64,000 nucleotides of DNA from Alphaproteobacteria bacterium (GCA_964291215.2 OZ219790.1:1728001-1792000); one strand, 5' to 3'. Shown: positions 9,736 to 21,402, numbered from the stretch's first letter. Numbers and translations are program-made. The notes: generated from the sequence alone by a model not told the origin.

Positions 9736-10347
9736 ATGAAAAGGGTTATCGTTGGTATCACCGGTGCGACCGGGACGATCTACGGTGTGCGCCTCATGGA
9801 GATGATGCAGGCCAATCCGGAAACGGAAATCCATCTGATCATGAGCAGGTCAGCCAAGCTGACACTCAAGATGGAGCATGATCTGGAGCTTGATTACATC
9901 AATGGTCTGGCCCACGAAGTACATGACCCCGGCAATATTGGAGCATCGATTTCGTCGGGCTCCTTCCAATCCAGCGGCATGGTCATCGCGCCCTGTTCGA
10001 TCAAGACGATGTCCAACATCACGATGGGCAATACGGGCGATCTGATCAGCCGCGCCGCGGATGTCGTTCTCAAGGAGCGGCGCACCCTCGTTGTCGTGAT
10101 TCGCGAGACGCCGCTTCATCTCGGCCATATCGAGAACCTTGCCCGGCTGGCGCGCATCGGCGCGGTCATCTTTCCGCCCGTTCCCGCGTTCTACAACCGT
10201 CCGGCTTCCCTTCAGGATGTTGTCGATCAGTCTTGCATGCGCATGCTTGACCAGTTGGACATCCACATCGAATCGGCGCCGCGCTGGGGCGAGGAGGGCG
10301 GGATTCCCGCTGTCGGGCAGCAGATCAGCGGTGGCCGGGGCGGCTGA
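9736..10347 (+). CDS. ubiX: Flavin prenyltransferase UbiX
   Basis: VGITGATG, ISSGS, APCSIKT, RAADVVLKERR, RETPL. Confidence 0.95.
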   Translation: MKRVIVGITGATGTIYGVRLMEMMQANPETEIHLIMSRSAKLTLKMEHDLELDYINGLAHEVHDPGNIGASISSGSFQSSGMVIAPCSIKTMSNITMGNTGDLISRAADVVLKERRTLVVVIRETPLHLGHIENLARLARIGAVIFPPVPAFYNRPASLQDVVDQSCMRMLDQLDIHIESAPRWGEEGGIPAVGQQISGGRGG

Positions 10348-10355
10348 ACGCGAAG

Positions 10356-11138
10356 TCACTCGAACCTTGCGCTGACCTCGCCGAGCCCGTCAAGGGATAT
10401 CGTCGTCAGGCTGTCGCTGTCGTCAAGCCAGATCACCGGCGCCACCGAACCGGTCATGACGATCTCGCCGCTCTGCAGCGTGTGGCCGTGGCTGCGCAAC
10501 GTGTTGGCAAGCCATGCGACGACCTCGAACGGGTGCCCCATGGCTTCGGCCCCCAGTCCGGTGCCGCGCTGTTCGCCGTCGATGAGGGTGTTTCCCCGGA
10601 CCGCGGCGAGATCGATCATCTGCCAGCCCGCGGCCGGTTGACCGAGCACGCAGGCGCGGTGAAAGAAGTTGTCGGCGACCAGCGTCGGCGCTTCGAGCGC
10701 CGCGAAGTCGTCGTAGCGGTTCTCGACGATCTCGATGGCGGGCAGGACATCGCCAATGATCGAAAGAACGGAGGCGCGATCGTAGGGCACATCTTCCGCG
10801 TCGTGCCCGATCCTCACCGCGATCTCGCATTCTATACCCGGGCTGAGCAAGTCTGCGCGTGCAAACGCGGCTCCATCGGCGTGGGTGTCGTTGCGCAGTA
10901 TCCGGGCATAGGCCGGCCCGTCGACACCCAGATAGCGCTGCATGGAAGCCGTGGTCGCACCGACCTTCCAGCCCGATGGCGAATCCGGCACCCGTTCCAG
11001 CAGGAGGGCCTGGCGTGCAGCCTGGACGGCGTAGGCTTCCGCAAGATCCTGGGGCCGGTCGGCATCGGCCAGCCGGGTTACAGGCTGGCGAGCGAGCCAC
11101 GCGCCGACCAAGAACGCGGCGGTCCGTTCCGCATCCAT
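10356..11138 (-). CDS. 2-keto-4-pentenoate hydratase / FAH-superfamily protein
   Basis: GWKVGAT, IECEIA, PAIEIVENR, ADNF, VMTGS. Confidence 0.85.
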   Translation of the reverse strand: MDAERTAAFLVGAWLARQPVTRLADADRPQDLAEAYAVQAARQALLLERVPDSPSGWKVGATTASMQRYLGVDGPAYARILRNDTHADGAAFARADLLSPGIECEIAVRIGHDAEDVPYDRASVLSIIGDVLPAIEIVENRYDDFAALEAPTLVADNFFHRACVLGQPAAGWQMIDLAAVRGNTLIDGEQRGTGLGAEAMGHPFEVVAWLANTLRSHGHTLQSGEIVMTGSVAPVIWLDDSDSLTTISLDGLGEVSARFE

Positions 11139-11857
11139 CAGGTCACCGGCTTCTCGTCCTCAAAATTCCGCGCCTGCCGGCTCTCGTTGCGCGCCGTTTC
11201 GGCTCGGCAGCGCTCCCAGATATCCGGTCCGTAATATGCGGTGAAGTCGTCATGGATTCGCTGGAACGGCAGGTCGGACCAGATTCCATGGTTCGCGACA
11301 TACTGCATGTGCTTGCGTCCATGCTTGTCGAACTCTTGCAGAAGCGCGTCTTCGGCGCCGTCGAACTCGGTCGGTGTGACGTCGAACTTATCGCAGAGTT
11401 CGATATTGAATGCGGGTGCCGCCTTGACCCACTTGCCTTCGATGAGCATGACGGCATACCCGTGATGCAGGAACAGGTCCTTGCCGCCCATTGCGTCGCG
11501 AAGGCGTGGGCTGCACAGGTGGTTGGTCACGTCCGACAGTCCGATCGCGGTCGGGATGCCGGCATAGCGGGTAACGGCAGCAAGCAGGGACGCTTTCGGA
11601 ATGCAGTATGCAGCCCCGGTCTCGAGCACATCGCTGGCCTTGTAGGAGTCTGCGCGGTCGGTGATCCGGTAGGGATCGTAGCGGACGGCGTCGCGGACGG
11701 CATAAAATGCCCTGATCGCGGTTTCGCGGGCATCGGCGGCGCCGTCGACCACGCGTTCGGCGAATCCCCGGGTTGTCGGATGATCGAAGTCGAAGAACGG
11801 TGTCGGTTTCAGGTATTCGTCCGAAGGTTCCGGATATCCGGTTTCGTGAAATTCCAT
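11138..11857 (-). CDS. Transglutaminase-like domain protein
   Basis: VRDAVRYDPY, YCIPKA, HGY catalytic-triad pattern. Confidence 0.85.
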   Translation of the reverse strand: MEFHETGYPEPSDEYLKPTPFFDFDHPTTRGFAERVVDGAADARETAIRAFYAVRDAVRYDPYRITDRADSYKASDVLETGAAYCIPKASLLAAVTRYAGIPTAIGLSDVTNHLCSPRLRDAMGGKDLFLHHGYAVMLIEGKWVKAAPAFNIELCDKFDVTPTEFDGAEDALLQEFDKHGRKHMQYVANHGIWSDLPFQRIHDDFTAYYGPDIWERCRAETARNESRQARNFEDEKPVT

Positions 11858-12203
11858 CTTGACGCCTCTGTGATCTGGGATGCCGGAACATATTGCATGG
11901 CGATGGAACCGGCAAGCCGGCAGGGACACGGTGATCCCATGCTAATTCGGAGACGCGAAATCCGAATGCGTTGGGGCTCGCGTCATCACAGATCGCCTCC
12001 TTGATCGCAATTTTTGTGCCGAGAAAGCTCTATCGAGCCTTGGCAGCACGATTGCAGCTCGACGCAAACTGTAAAAATCTCGCCAGTCGTCGCCGGATTA
12101 GCAGCGTGGGATCACCGTGGCTTCGGCGGACCGCACCTTGACGCCGCACCGTTTTGCTGATCGGATCGGCATTCTCCCCTGCCGTTTCCTGAGTGACGCC
12201 GCG

Positions 12204-13103
12204 TTGGCCGTTTCCGACAGTCCCGACAAACATCTGCCGCTCACGGGTATCCTCTGGATGGCGGCGGCGGCGCTCTGTTTTTCGGCCTCGCTGTCCCTGG
12301 TCAAGGCCCTTCAGGATTTCGGCCTGACCGTCTTCCAGGCCGTCCTCATACGCCAGGTACTGGGCCTGATCATCTTCCTGCCGGTGTTAGTGCAGAACTG
12401 GCCGGAGATCATTGGCTCCAGCGTGCTGTCAAGGCACTTCGTGCGTGCGGCGCTCGGATTCCTCGGCATGTGTTCAGCCTATTATTCCCTGTCGCTGATT
12501 CATCTCGCCGACTCGGTCGCGTTGCAGTTCACGCTCCCGTTCTTCGTGATGATCTTTGCGGTATGGATTCTTGGCGAACGCTTGCGGGCGCAGCGTATCA
12601 TCACCACAGCCATCGGGTTTGTCGGCGTCATGTTGATCATCCGGCCTGGTTTCGGCGACCTCAATTACGGCATTTTGTTCGCCCTGGCCGGGGCCGCTTT
12701 CTATGCGGCCTCTGACGTCAATGCACGCCGGCTGGCGCGTGACGACCCGCTGCCAGCAATCATGATCTGGAATTTTCTGTTCACCATTCCTCTGGCCGCG
12801 ATTCCGGGAATCGTCTGGTGGGTATCCCCGCCGGCGGACGCCTGGTGGTCGGTGCTCGCATTTGCGGTTGCCGGCGTCGGTGCCCAGTTCTGCCTGACGC
12901 GGTCTCTCGGCGTGGCGGAAGCGGGACTGGTGGCTCCGGTCCTTTTCCTCCGGCTGCCGATCATCGCTCTTGTCGGTTATCTGTGGTTCGGTCAGGACAC
13001 CGAAATCTGGACTTGGGCAGGGGCCGGCGTTATCTTCTTGGCGACGATATGGATGACACGGGCTGAGGCTGGGCGGTCGCCCCCGCAGTTGCGGAACCGG
13101 TGA
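12204..13103 (+). CDS. DMT/EamA family transporter (start uncertain; ORF open from 12117)
   Basis: About 10 hydrophobic segments, LGERL motif, two EamA-like halves. Confidence 0.85.
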   Translation: MAVSDSPDKHLPLTGILWMAAAALCFSASLSLVKALQDFGLTVFQAVLIRQVLGLIIFLPVLVQNWPEIIGSSVLSRHFVRAALGFLGMCSAYYSLSLIHLADSVALQFTLPFFVMIFAVWILGERLRAQRIITTAIGFVGVMLIIRPGFGDLNYGILFALAGAAFYAASDVNARRLARDDPLPAIMIWNFLFTIPLAAIPGIVWWVSPPADAWWSVLAFAVAGVGAQFCLTRSLGVAEAGLVAPVLFLRLPIIALVGYLWFGQDTEIWTWAGAGVIFLATIWMTRAEAGRSPPQLRNR

Positions 13104-13138
13104 TCGATGCCGTATCCTGCATCTTTGCTGCAGTCGCG

Positions 13139-13490
13139 ATGATGGCCGACGGAACTGCTGCGCCGTCAAACGAGGATTCGGCGGAGCATCGGCTGCTCAA
13201 CGCCGCGAAACCATGATCGAGCAGTTTCGCGCGCGCGGCGGAGGCCGAGAAGCGGCGGCGCATCCACCGCGAGACGCACGAACAGCTGCGCAATGCCGAC
13301 CTCTACCGGGTGCAGATGCCGGTGCGCTACAGCGGTTACGAGATGCACCACCGAGGCATGCTCGACATCGCGGCCGAGATCGGGCGCGGCTGCGGATCCG
13401 CTGCGTGGATCTTCTCCAACATCGCCGCCCAGAACGGAATCGTTGCCATGGCCTCGAAGGAGGTCCAGGACGAGGTATGGGGCGATGACT
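13139..13490 (+). pseudogene. 5' fragment of an HsaA-like acyl-CoA dehydrogenase-family flavin monooxygenase, frameshifted
   Basis: LYRVQMPVRYSGYE...EIGRGCGSAAW...QDEVWGDD; frameshifts near 13210-13245; ends at IS sequence. Confidence 0.8.
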
Positions 13491-13504
13491 GTGATGAGAG
13501 CGAC

Positions 13505-13968
13505 TGGTCGGCACAGGAGTTGCGCTCGATTTATCAGCACTTCAGGGCGCTTTCCGGCGCGCGCAGGGGCATCGCCTCGGTGCTGTGCGTGATGGCGCGG
13601 CTTGCGAACCGGCGCGGTGGCGCACTACGACGCAGAAGGAGCTGGAGCAGCGTGGAAGAACAGGGACAAGCCGGTCTCCACCGTGCACCGGGTGCTGCAG
13701 AACACCGACCCGGGATGGATCGAGGATGCGGCGCGCAGCCGCAGGTCGGCAACGACGGCAAGCGCGGCCGCACCGGCGAGGATCATTACGAGACGGTCTC
13801 GCTGGCACGGGGCCGGTATTCGATCCTCAACTGTCACGACGGGGAGATCGCTGCCGTCCACGCCGCGACGGCCGTCTGCTCACCCTCGACGCGCTCCACA
13901 CCACCCGCGAGGCTGATCGTCGAGACCCATCGCGCGGACTGATGGTCAAGGGCAACGCACCTTCGAGA
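13505..13968 (+). mobile_element. Internal fragment of an ISAs1-family transposase (eroded)
   Basis: STVHRVLQNTDP, DGK, EIAAV, LTLDALHT, VKGN motifs; homologous to 15854-16530 (reverse) and 27640-27860. Confidence 0.8.
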
Positions 13969-14427
13969 CAAGGTGATCCCATGCTTGTTGATGTGATGTG
14001 ATCTGAGTCCTGATCGCGGCGCGGGTCGACGCGTTCGAGGCTGCGATTTTGAGATTTGCTGACGTGCTGTTACGGCGCGGGGCGCGATTGGTCGGCGTAT
14101 CCGGGGCGAGCGAGAGGCCTTGGTTGCCGGGCTCGAAAGCTTGCAGTTTCTGTCGGGGAGAGAGGCGCGGTCAGCCTGGTCTTGTGATTGCGTGCAGGAC
14201 CTGCTTGCGCTTGTTGGCATAGTGGCGTCGACGAAGCTGTTGAAGGGTTTGGGCAGCTTGCGTTTGTTGCGGATGATGATTGCGAGGGTGATCGCGTTGT
14301 TTGCGGGCGCGTTCGGAGCATGGAGTCGTCTTCGCGGAAGGTGGCATCGCGGACATGATGGTGGCTCTCGACTACCCAGTGTCCGCGATTCCATGCGAGC
14401 AGCTGTTGCGGCGAGGCGCGCTCAACC

Positions 14428-15853
14428 GAGCATCCATGTTTCTTGGCAAGGTTTTTGCGGGTGTCTGTGGTGATGTTTTCTGTGGTTGTCCACAAGCGGT
14501 GTGGGATTTGCTCTGCGAGCGAGGCGGCATGAAGCTTGTGGTCCCGGCGGCGGGTTGCCGTCCATTGGTCACGTGAACGCGGCTACCTTGCCGTCCCCGG
14601 GCATGGTAACGTGACCGTCTGGGTTCCAGGTGTCCCAAGGCGGTTCGATCTCCTTGATGTCGACCTCGACGATGATCTGCAGACATTCTCCCCAAGTCGT
14701 GTCGTAGAGGGAGACTGTCGAGACAGTCCCGATCGCGCTCTCGGCAGGGGTGAGGGCCGTGTCTCCTTCGCTCACTCACCGGTGCTTCAGGCAACGCTGC
14801 TGTCGCAGCAAGGTGTTCGCCAGAGCTTGCGCATCACGGCGACAATCGCGACCTTGTGGGCCTTGCCGGCAGTCTTGAGGCGCACCAGGTCCGCGTTGAA
14901 GCGTGCCGGTTGCGGCCATGAACAGGAGATCGCGTGGCCTTCGGCGCCCGCCACGGATGTGCCGAGCACCGTGGTCGTTGGCCATCGGCGCCACCCCGAT
15001 CAAGGCTGCCGCCTGCCGACGGTCGAGACTGCCGAGTTCGGGCATCCAGAAGGGCCGCGGCAGTCACCGGACCGGGGATCGAGGTCAGGATGGCGTACCT
15101 CTCGGCTTGCTCGGGATCACCGGCGATCACCGCTTTGATTGCCGCGCCGGCAATGCGATCATTGAGATCGGCCGCCGAGGCCCTTGTGACGGTCTCGCCA
15201 TCCACCTCATCTGCCACCTGCTTGGCGTCGACAAGCGCGGCATCAAGAGATCCTCCAGGCTCTTGAGGAAGGCATCCTGAGGAGCCACAGGCTCAAGATC
15301 GCCCAGCCGATCTTGGCTAGCGCGTCGACGCGGTCGGTCTTCGCCAGATGGCCCATCGCCTCGGCGAAGCCCGCAACGGGTTGACGAGAATAACCTCGAA
15401 GCCCCGGTCATGAAGACACTGGTGAACCTTGCGGTGATAGCGGCCTGTCGCCCACCACCCGGCTCACCCCGAGGCCGCGAAGCCACCTGCCCGTGGCGTC
15501 GTTCGCAAAACAATGCCCGCCGCACAGATGTCCAGACTGGCTGACCCCTGCTACTATCTTGACCATCGTCCCTTGCTCCTCGCCTTACGATGATACGGGT
15601 TCAAACCCAAGCATCCAGCGAGGGACGTCAAGGGAGGTTGGCCGACCACACTCGGTCGCGGCTCTGTCAAGGTCAAAACGGCAACCTCCGCGGAGATCGT
15701 TTGATCCCCGCACCCCGCTCCCCTGTGCGTGTTCGCTCAGGGGAGCGGAATCTCTCTGCAACCATAGACCGGACGCTCTCCCACAGATCCACATTTTCCC
15801 GCCCCCAACTGCTGTGGATGATTGCATCATCAAGGGGACAAAACCTAGTCATA
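14428..15853 (-). mobile_element. IS110-family unit with passenger ORF, copy 1 (eroded)
   Basis: Reverse complement of 43143-44776; MPELGSLDRRQAAALIGVAP...GGR motif. Confidence 0.82.
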
Positions 15854-17009
15854 TGGCGTATTCGGTTGTCCGTTTTCCGGATTTCTTGAATTCGACGCGC
15901 CGGGTGACGCGGAAGATCTGCTAGTTGATCATCTTCGCCAGCGGGGTGAAGATGGTGCGCTGGCGGCCATGCGCGGGCTTTTCGTTGTAGCGCTGGCGGT
16001 CTTCCAGTTGATGCTCTCTCGAAGGTGCGTTGCCCTTGACCATCAGTCCGCGCGATGGGTCTCGATGATCAGCCGCGCGGGTGGTGTGGAGCGCGTCGAG
16101 GGTGAGCAGACGGCCGGCAACCGGCGCCGTCGCGGCGTGGACGGCAGCGATCTCCCCGTCGTAATAGTTGAGGATCGAAACCGGCATACCGGTCCCGTGC
16201 CAGCGAGACCGTCTCGTAATGATCCTCGCCGGTGCGGCCGCGGATGCGCTTGCCGTCGACCGCGTTGCCGACTTCCGGGCGCGGCTGCGCGCCACATCCT
16301 CGATCCATCCCGGGTCGGTGTTCTGCAGCACCCGGTGCACGGTCGATTTGGAAACCGGCTTGTCCCTGTTCTTCCATGCTGCTCCAGCTCCTTCTGCGTC
16401 GTAGTGCGCCGCCGCGCCGGTTCGCAAGCCGCGCCATCACGCACAGCACCGAGGCGATGCGGTGCCCCTGCGCACGCCGGAAAGCGCCGCTGATAAATCG
16501 AGCGCAACTCCTGCGCCGACCAGCGGCGCCCGCAACTCCCACGCCACAGGAAGCGGCGAACGATCCCGTAGCCGACGTCACGACGCAGCGGAAACACGTA
16601 AAGATCCTTCGCCTCCCCGGTCGGTATAGCGCCCGCTGGCGCGCGCATAGCTCCTGCCAACGCACTCCCAGTTCGCTGCCTTGTACATGGTGCCGCTGAA
16701 CTTCGTCGGCGAGACAAACGACTCCGCAACAAGTAACGGATGGCGCAGCCTCCCAGTCGCCGCCGCACCATCCGCGACAACGCAAACGAGGCAAGGCCCG
16801 GAAACGACCACCAAGAACAACAAACCTCGTGTTGTTCCCGGCAACCGCCTGAACTGTTCCTCGCGGCGCCAGCCAATCCAACGGGTGCGCAGCTGAGGGC
16901 GCCCGTCTGCCAGCCCGCAGCGCCAATCCACCGCCCGCGCCAAGTGAACACGTAGCGCAGACCTCGACCGGCAAACTGCTTGAAACCAAGAGTATCTACT
17001 CACCCCTAG

Positions 17010-17206
17010 TGTTATGTCCCGTAAATACGCGCATATAATCTTTCAAGCTTGTCGAAGATCGAATCTGCGGTTACGACCCATACGAAAGGGGATGTGGATT
17101 TTCGGTGGGCAACCAGAGGGGAAGTTGGCGGCCGCGGGGCATATCGAAAGGCCTCCTGTTGCGAGAGAGACCGAAAATATATCACACTTATTTACGGGAC
17201 ACTACA
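17010..17206. mobile_element. About 197-bp MITE, IS630-like ends, inserted at CTAG
   Basis: 18-bp IR tgttatgtcccgtaaata / tatttacgggacactaca flanked by ctag on both sides; no transposase. Confidence 0.75.
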
Positions 17207-17210
17207 CTAG

Positions 17211-18045
17211 GTTGTGGACTCAAATAATTGGTTTGCGATTCTGCGGAGCAAGAATCGGCTGGCAGCCAGTTGCACGGCGGAGAGGAAGTTCCGTGCGGTC
17301 TTGAAGAACCGCTCGACCAGGTTGCGCATCCTATAGATCTCGCGGTCGAGCGGCCGTGGCGATGTCCGGTTGGATTTCGACGGAACGACCGCGGTTGCTC
17401 CTGCCGTCTCGATCAGATGGCGTCGGTGTCGCAGGCCTTGTCGCCGACCACCGTCTCGCCATGCTCGAGGTCGGCGAGAAGCGCCTCCGCCTGCGCGCAG
17501 TCGGCCGCCTGGCCCGGGGTCAGGAACACGGTCTTCACCCTCTCGTTCTCGTCGATGCCAAGATGGACCTTCGTCGTTCGTCCGCCACGGCTCAGCCCGA
17601 TTTGCGAAGGCTCGTCGTCCCGGGACGCCCCAGCACCGTGCTTGTGAACGCGCACCGACGAGGAGTCGACCATGCGCAGATGAACCGGCGGGCCATCGTC
17701 GCTCCCGTCATCATCGCTCGTAAGCCTTTGAAGCTTCTCCATGATCGACGCCCAGGTGCCGTTCTTGCTCCACCGGTTGAAGCGGTTGAAGCAGGTCGTG
17801 TACGGACCATACCGCTCCGGCAGATCGCGCCACGGCGTACCGGTGCGAAGCACGAAGAATATCCCGTTCATGACCCTCCGGTCATGCACCCGCTCCGGGC
17901 CCTGGTGCTTATCGGGAAGCGCCGAGCGGAGAACCTCCCATTCCGCGTCGCGTGTCGGTCGCCGCTCATCCTTCACTCTCCTTGTGGATCGCTTTTGACA
18001 AGACATGACAGATCGTGCAAAAATGTCAACATTTGGGTACACACC
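17211..18045 (-). mobile_element. IS5 family (IS427-group-like) element, eroded
   Basis: IR gttgtggactcaaat / atttgggtacacacc; ctag flanks; DRRVMNGIFFVLRTGTPWRDLPERYGP, SRGGRTTKVH. Confidence 0.88.
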
Positions 18046-19815
18046 CTAGTTGGGTTCTGATTGGTCGTAGTTCTCGTTGATGATGTCTGCGGCTTTTCCG
18101 TCGAGGGCGATCTGGGTGGCGACGTGATGATTGTAGCCGAGTGCGGCCATGGAGGTGAGGTAGCTTGAGCCCCGGCACCATGCTTTTGCGTGGAGCGGAA
18201 GCATCCGGACACCTTGACCTTTGCCATCCTGATCTTCTGTTCTCCGGCATTGTTGGTGAAGCTGACGTCGGGGTTGTCTATGAAGCGCAGGTTTTCGTGT
18301 TTCACGAGACGTTCGTGCAGGTTGTGCGCGTTTGCTATGCGTCCACGTTTTCCTTTCGTCGGCGGCGGGATGTCGGGCAGTTCCTTGGCGCCCTGATGGT
18401 GCGGTAGCGCTTGCGCCCGGCGTCGTTCAGGGTCTTGGATGCGCTCTTGTTGATCTTGTGGCAGACCTCGCGGAGCAGGCTCTTCATCAGTCGCGCCCAG
18501 CGGTAGCCTCGACGACAAAGGTCAGTTCGCGCAGCAGGTGGCTGCCGCACAGCTGGTGGCTACACTGGCCCATGTACGAGGCCCAGGACGCCCTTGTAAC
18601 ACGGGATGATGCCGATCTCTTGCCTCCCGGCCGCGCTTGCGGTGCGGGAACTTGCACGTCAGGGTCCCACGACATGAAGCCACTTACTGTTGATCCGAAA
18701 TCCGGTCTCGTCGACATGCAGGGCCGGGCGTTGCAGGAGGTGCGCCACGGCGGCCTCCTCCCATGACGCATCGTGAAAGCATAGCCGAGGCCTCGGAGAG
18801 CTTGATGCCGGAGATCGCTTGCACGAACGCGACGGCACGGCGCAGGGACAGCATCTGGGCGACCAGCAGGTTGATGACGAGGGCCTGAATGCCGATGCCG
18901 TACTGCACGGGATGTTGTCGGGGAACCGGCCCTTGGTCCGGGCCTTGCACTTCGGGCATTCCTTGATCTCGGCGCGGCGCTCGACGACCTCGAACACGAT
19001 GTCATAGAGGACGCGGCGCTCCCGATCGACGGGGCCGTTGATGTCGGCGCCGCAGGCGTCGCAGGCCGCGACCGTCTCCTCGACGATGGTCTTGCGCAGG
19101 TTGTCGCCCATCTGCCGGTTCGGCTTCGGGCCCTTGCTCCCGGCACGCTCTTGTCCGTCTGTGACGGCGGCAGACCGGAGTTCCGGCTCGTGCGTGGTCT
19201 TCTCCAGAAGGACGACGATGAGGATGTCGAGCAGGATGACGAGGACGCGGATGACGGCTTTTTCCGCCACCTTGCCGGCAGCGCCGCGATCTTGGCCGCT
19301 TCGAACTCCTCGCGCGCCGCGTTGACCGTCGCCATCACCCGGCCTTGCGCTTCATCAGCGCGCCGCCTCCGAGATGCGTTTCCACATACAGATCATGCGG
19401 GTGCTGGAGCCCCGGAAGTAGCTGGCCCAGCCCGCTCGTCGCCTTCGATCCAAAGTAGCCCACTGGCGGTCCCCGTCGTTCTCGATGACCACCACTAAGC
19501 GAATCGGCATGCAGTGTCAAATCTCCACGAAAACCCGTTCGTTGCTCTACCCCGACATCAAGCCGGAACTAGGGGGTGAGCAGTTACAACCAAGATACGG
19601 TCAACAACACGGTTCCAGCGACATCAGGCCGCGCAAGGCGCACAACCACATCCCGGAGCTCAAAACCCTCCGGAGTCGTCTCAAAAAAATCCGCTGCCCC
19701 CACGACAACGGATACTACGCCGCTTCACAAAAAGCCAGCGAAAATGCGAATCATCCTGAACAAGCAAAACCGACCCTTCCAACAAACCTAGCGTGGGATC
19801 GCCGTGCTTGGAGGT

Positions 19816-19960
19816 CAGGACTTTCTCACGCTGCATTCGATCTTGTCGACTGCTGATGGAGGGAGGTTGTACAACCTGCCGGGTTTTCTAGCTTCGGGGC
19901 CATCCGCGGTCGTCGCCGGCGGCGTTGCCGGTGCGCGGGCGGGTTGTTTTCGGGATGTAG
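19816..19960. mobile_element. One end of the CAGGAC-terminated element also seen at 30028-30148
   Basis: caggactttctcacgctgcattcgatcttgtcgactgctgatggagggag matches the reverse complement of about 30100-30148. Confidence 0.7.
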
Positions 19961-19967
19961 GCGGGTT

Positions 19968-20936
19968 GTGGGCGACAGGCCGCTATCACCGCAAGGTTCA
20001 CCAGTGTCTTCATGACCGGAGCTTCGAGGTTATTCTCGTCAACCCGTTGCGGGCTTCGCCGAGGCGATGGGCCAACCGCGTCGACGCCAAGATCGGCTGG
20101 GCGATCTTGAGCCTGTGGCTCCGCCTTCCTCAAGAGCTTGGAGGATCTCCTGGTGCCGCGCTTGTCGACGCCAAGCAGGTGGCAGATGAGGTGGATGGCG
20201 AGACCGTCACAAGGGCCTCAGCGGCCGATCTCGATGACCACATTGCCGGCGCGGCGATCAAAGCGGTGATCGCCGGTGATCCCGAGCAGAGGTACGCCAT
20301 CCTGACCTCGATCCGGTGACCGCCGCGGCCCTGCTGGATGCCCGAACTCGGCAGCGTCGGCAGCCTTGATCGGGGTGGCGCCGATGGCCAACGACCACGG
20401 TGCTCGGCACATCCGTGGCGGGCGCCGAAGGCCACGTGATCTCCTGTTCATGGCCGCAACCGGCACGCTTCAACGCGGACCTGATGCGCCTCAAGACTGC
20501 CGGCAAGGCCCACAAGGTCGCGATTGTCGCCGTGATGCGCAAGCTCTGGCGAACACCTTGCTGCGACAGCAGCGTTGCCTGAAGCACCGGTGAGTGAGCG
20601 AAGGAGACACGGCCCTCACCCCTGCCGAGAGCGCGATCGGGACTGTATCGACAGTCTCCCTCTACGACACGACTTGGGGAGAATGTCTGCAGATCATCGT
20701 CGAGGCCGACATCGAGGAGATCGAACCGTCTTGGGACACCTGGAACCCGGACGGTCACGTGCCCGGGGACGGCAAGGTAGCCGCGTTCACGTGACCAATG
20801 GACGGCAACCCGCCGCCGGGACCACAAGCTTCATGTCGCCTCGCTCGCAGAGCAAATCCCACACCACTTGTGGACAACCACAGAAAACATCACCACAGAC
20901 ACCCGCAAAAAACCTTGCCAAGAAACATGGATGCTC
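19968..20936 (+). mobile_element. IS110-family unit copy 2, 5'-truncated
   Basis: Homologous to about 43575-44773; same right junction into ISAs1 (gatgctc|ggt) as copy 1. Confidence 0.8.
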
Positions 20937-21402
20937 GGTCGAGCGCGCCTCGCCGCAACAGTTGCTCGCATGGAATCGCGGACACCGGGGGGGGGGGAGC
21001 GAGAGCCATCATCATGTCCGCGACGCCACCTTCCGTGAAGACGACCCCATGCTCCGAACGCGCCCGCAAACAACGCGATCACCCTCGCAATCGCCGTCAT
21101 CATCCACAACAAGCTCCCCAAACTCTTCAACAGCTTCCCACCATGCCGACAAGCGCAGACAGATCCTGCACGCAATCACAAGACCAAGCTGACCGCGCCT
21201 CTCTCCCCGACAGAAACCGCAAGCTTTCGAGCCCGGCAACCAAACCCGGCAGGCCTCTCGCCCGCCCCGGATACGCAGACCAATCGCGCCCCGCGCCGCA
21301 ACAGCGCGTCAGCAAATCTCAAAATCGCAGCCTCGAACGCGTCGACCCGCGCCGCGATCAGGACTCCGATCACATCACATCAACAAGCATGAGATCACCT
21401 TG
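20937..21402 (+). mobile_element. 3' part and right IR of the ISAs1-family element
   Basis: QQLLAWNRGH...HHHVRDATFRED; ends agcatgagatcaccttg. Confidence 0.82.

Larger units (their letters stand above)
16992..19587 (-). mobile_element. IS66-family element copy 1 (single transposase plus methylase passenger remnant), containing two nested elements
   Basis: Ends gtatctactcacccc / ggggtgagcagttac; 8-bp TSD aaccaaga at 16984-16991 and 19588-19595; FTNNAGEQKIRMAKVK, HQLCGSHLLREL, LHVDETG. Confidence 0.92.
13969..19806 (-). mobile_element. ISAs1-family element with upstream DUF4338-like domain, copy 1, interrupted by an IS110 unit and an IS66
   Basis: Terminal IRs caaggtgatcccatgct / cacggcgatcccacgct; RGHWVVESHHHVRDATFRED; ESFVSPTKFSGTMYKAANW; no matching TSD. 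Confidence 0.85.

Noticed and set aside
18165-19338. Programmed frameshifting as the explanation for split transposases
   Set aside because: Far too many frame changes, at positions that differ among copies, with conserved residues physically missing
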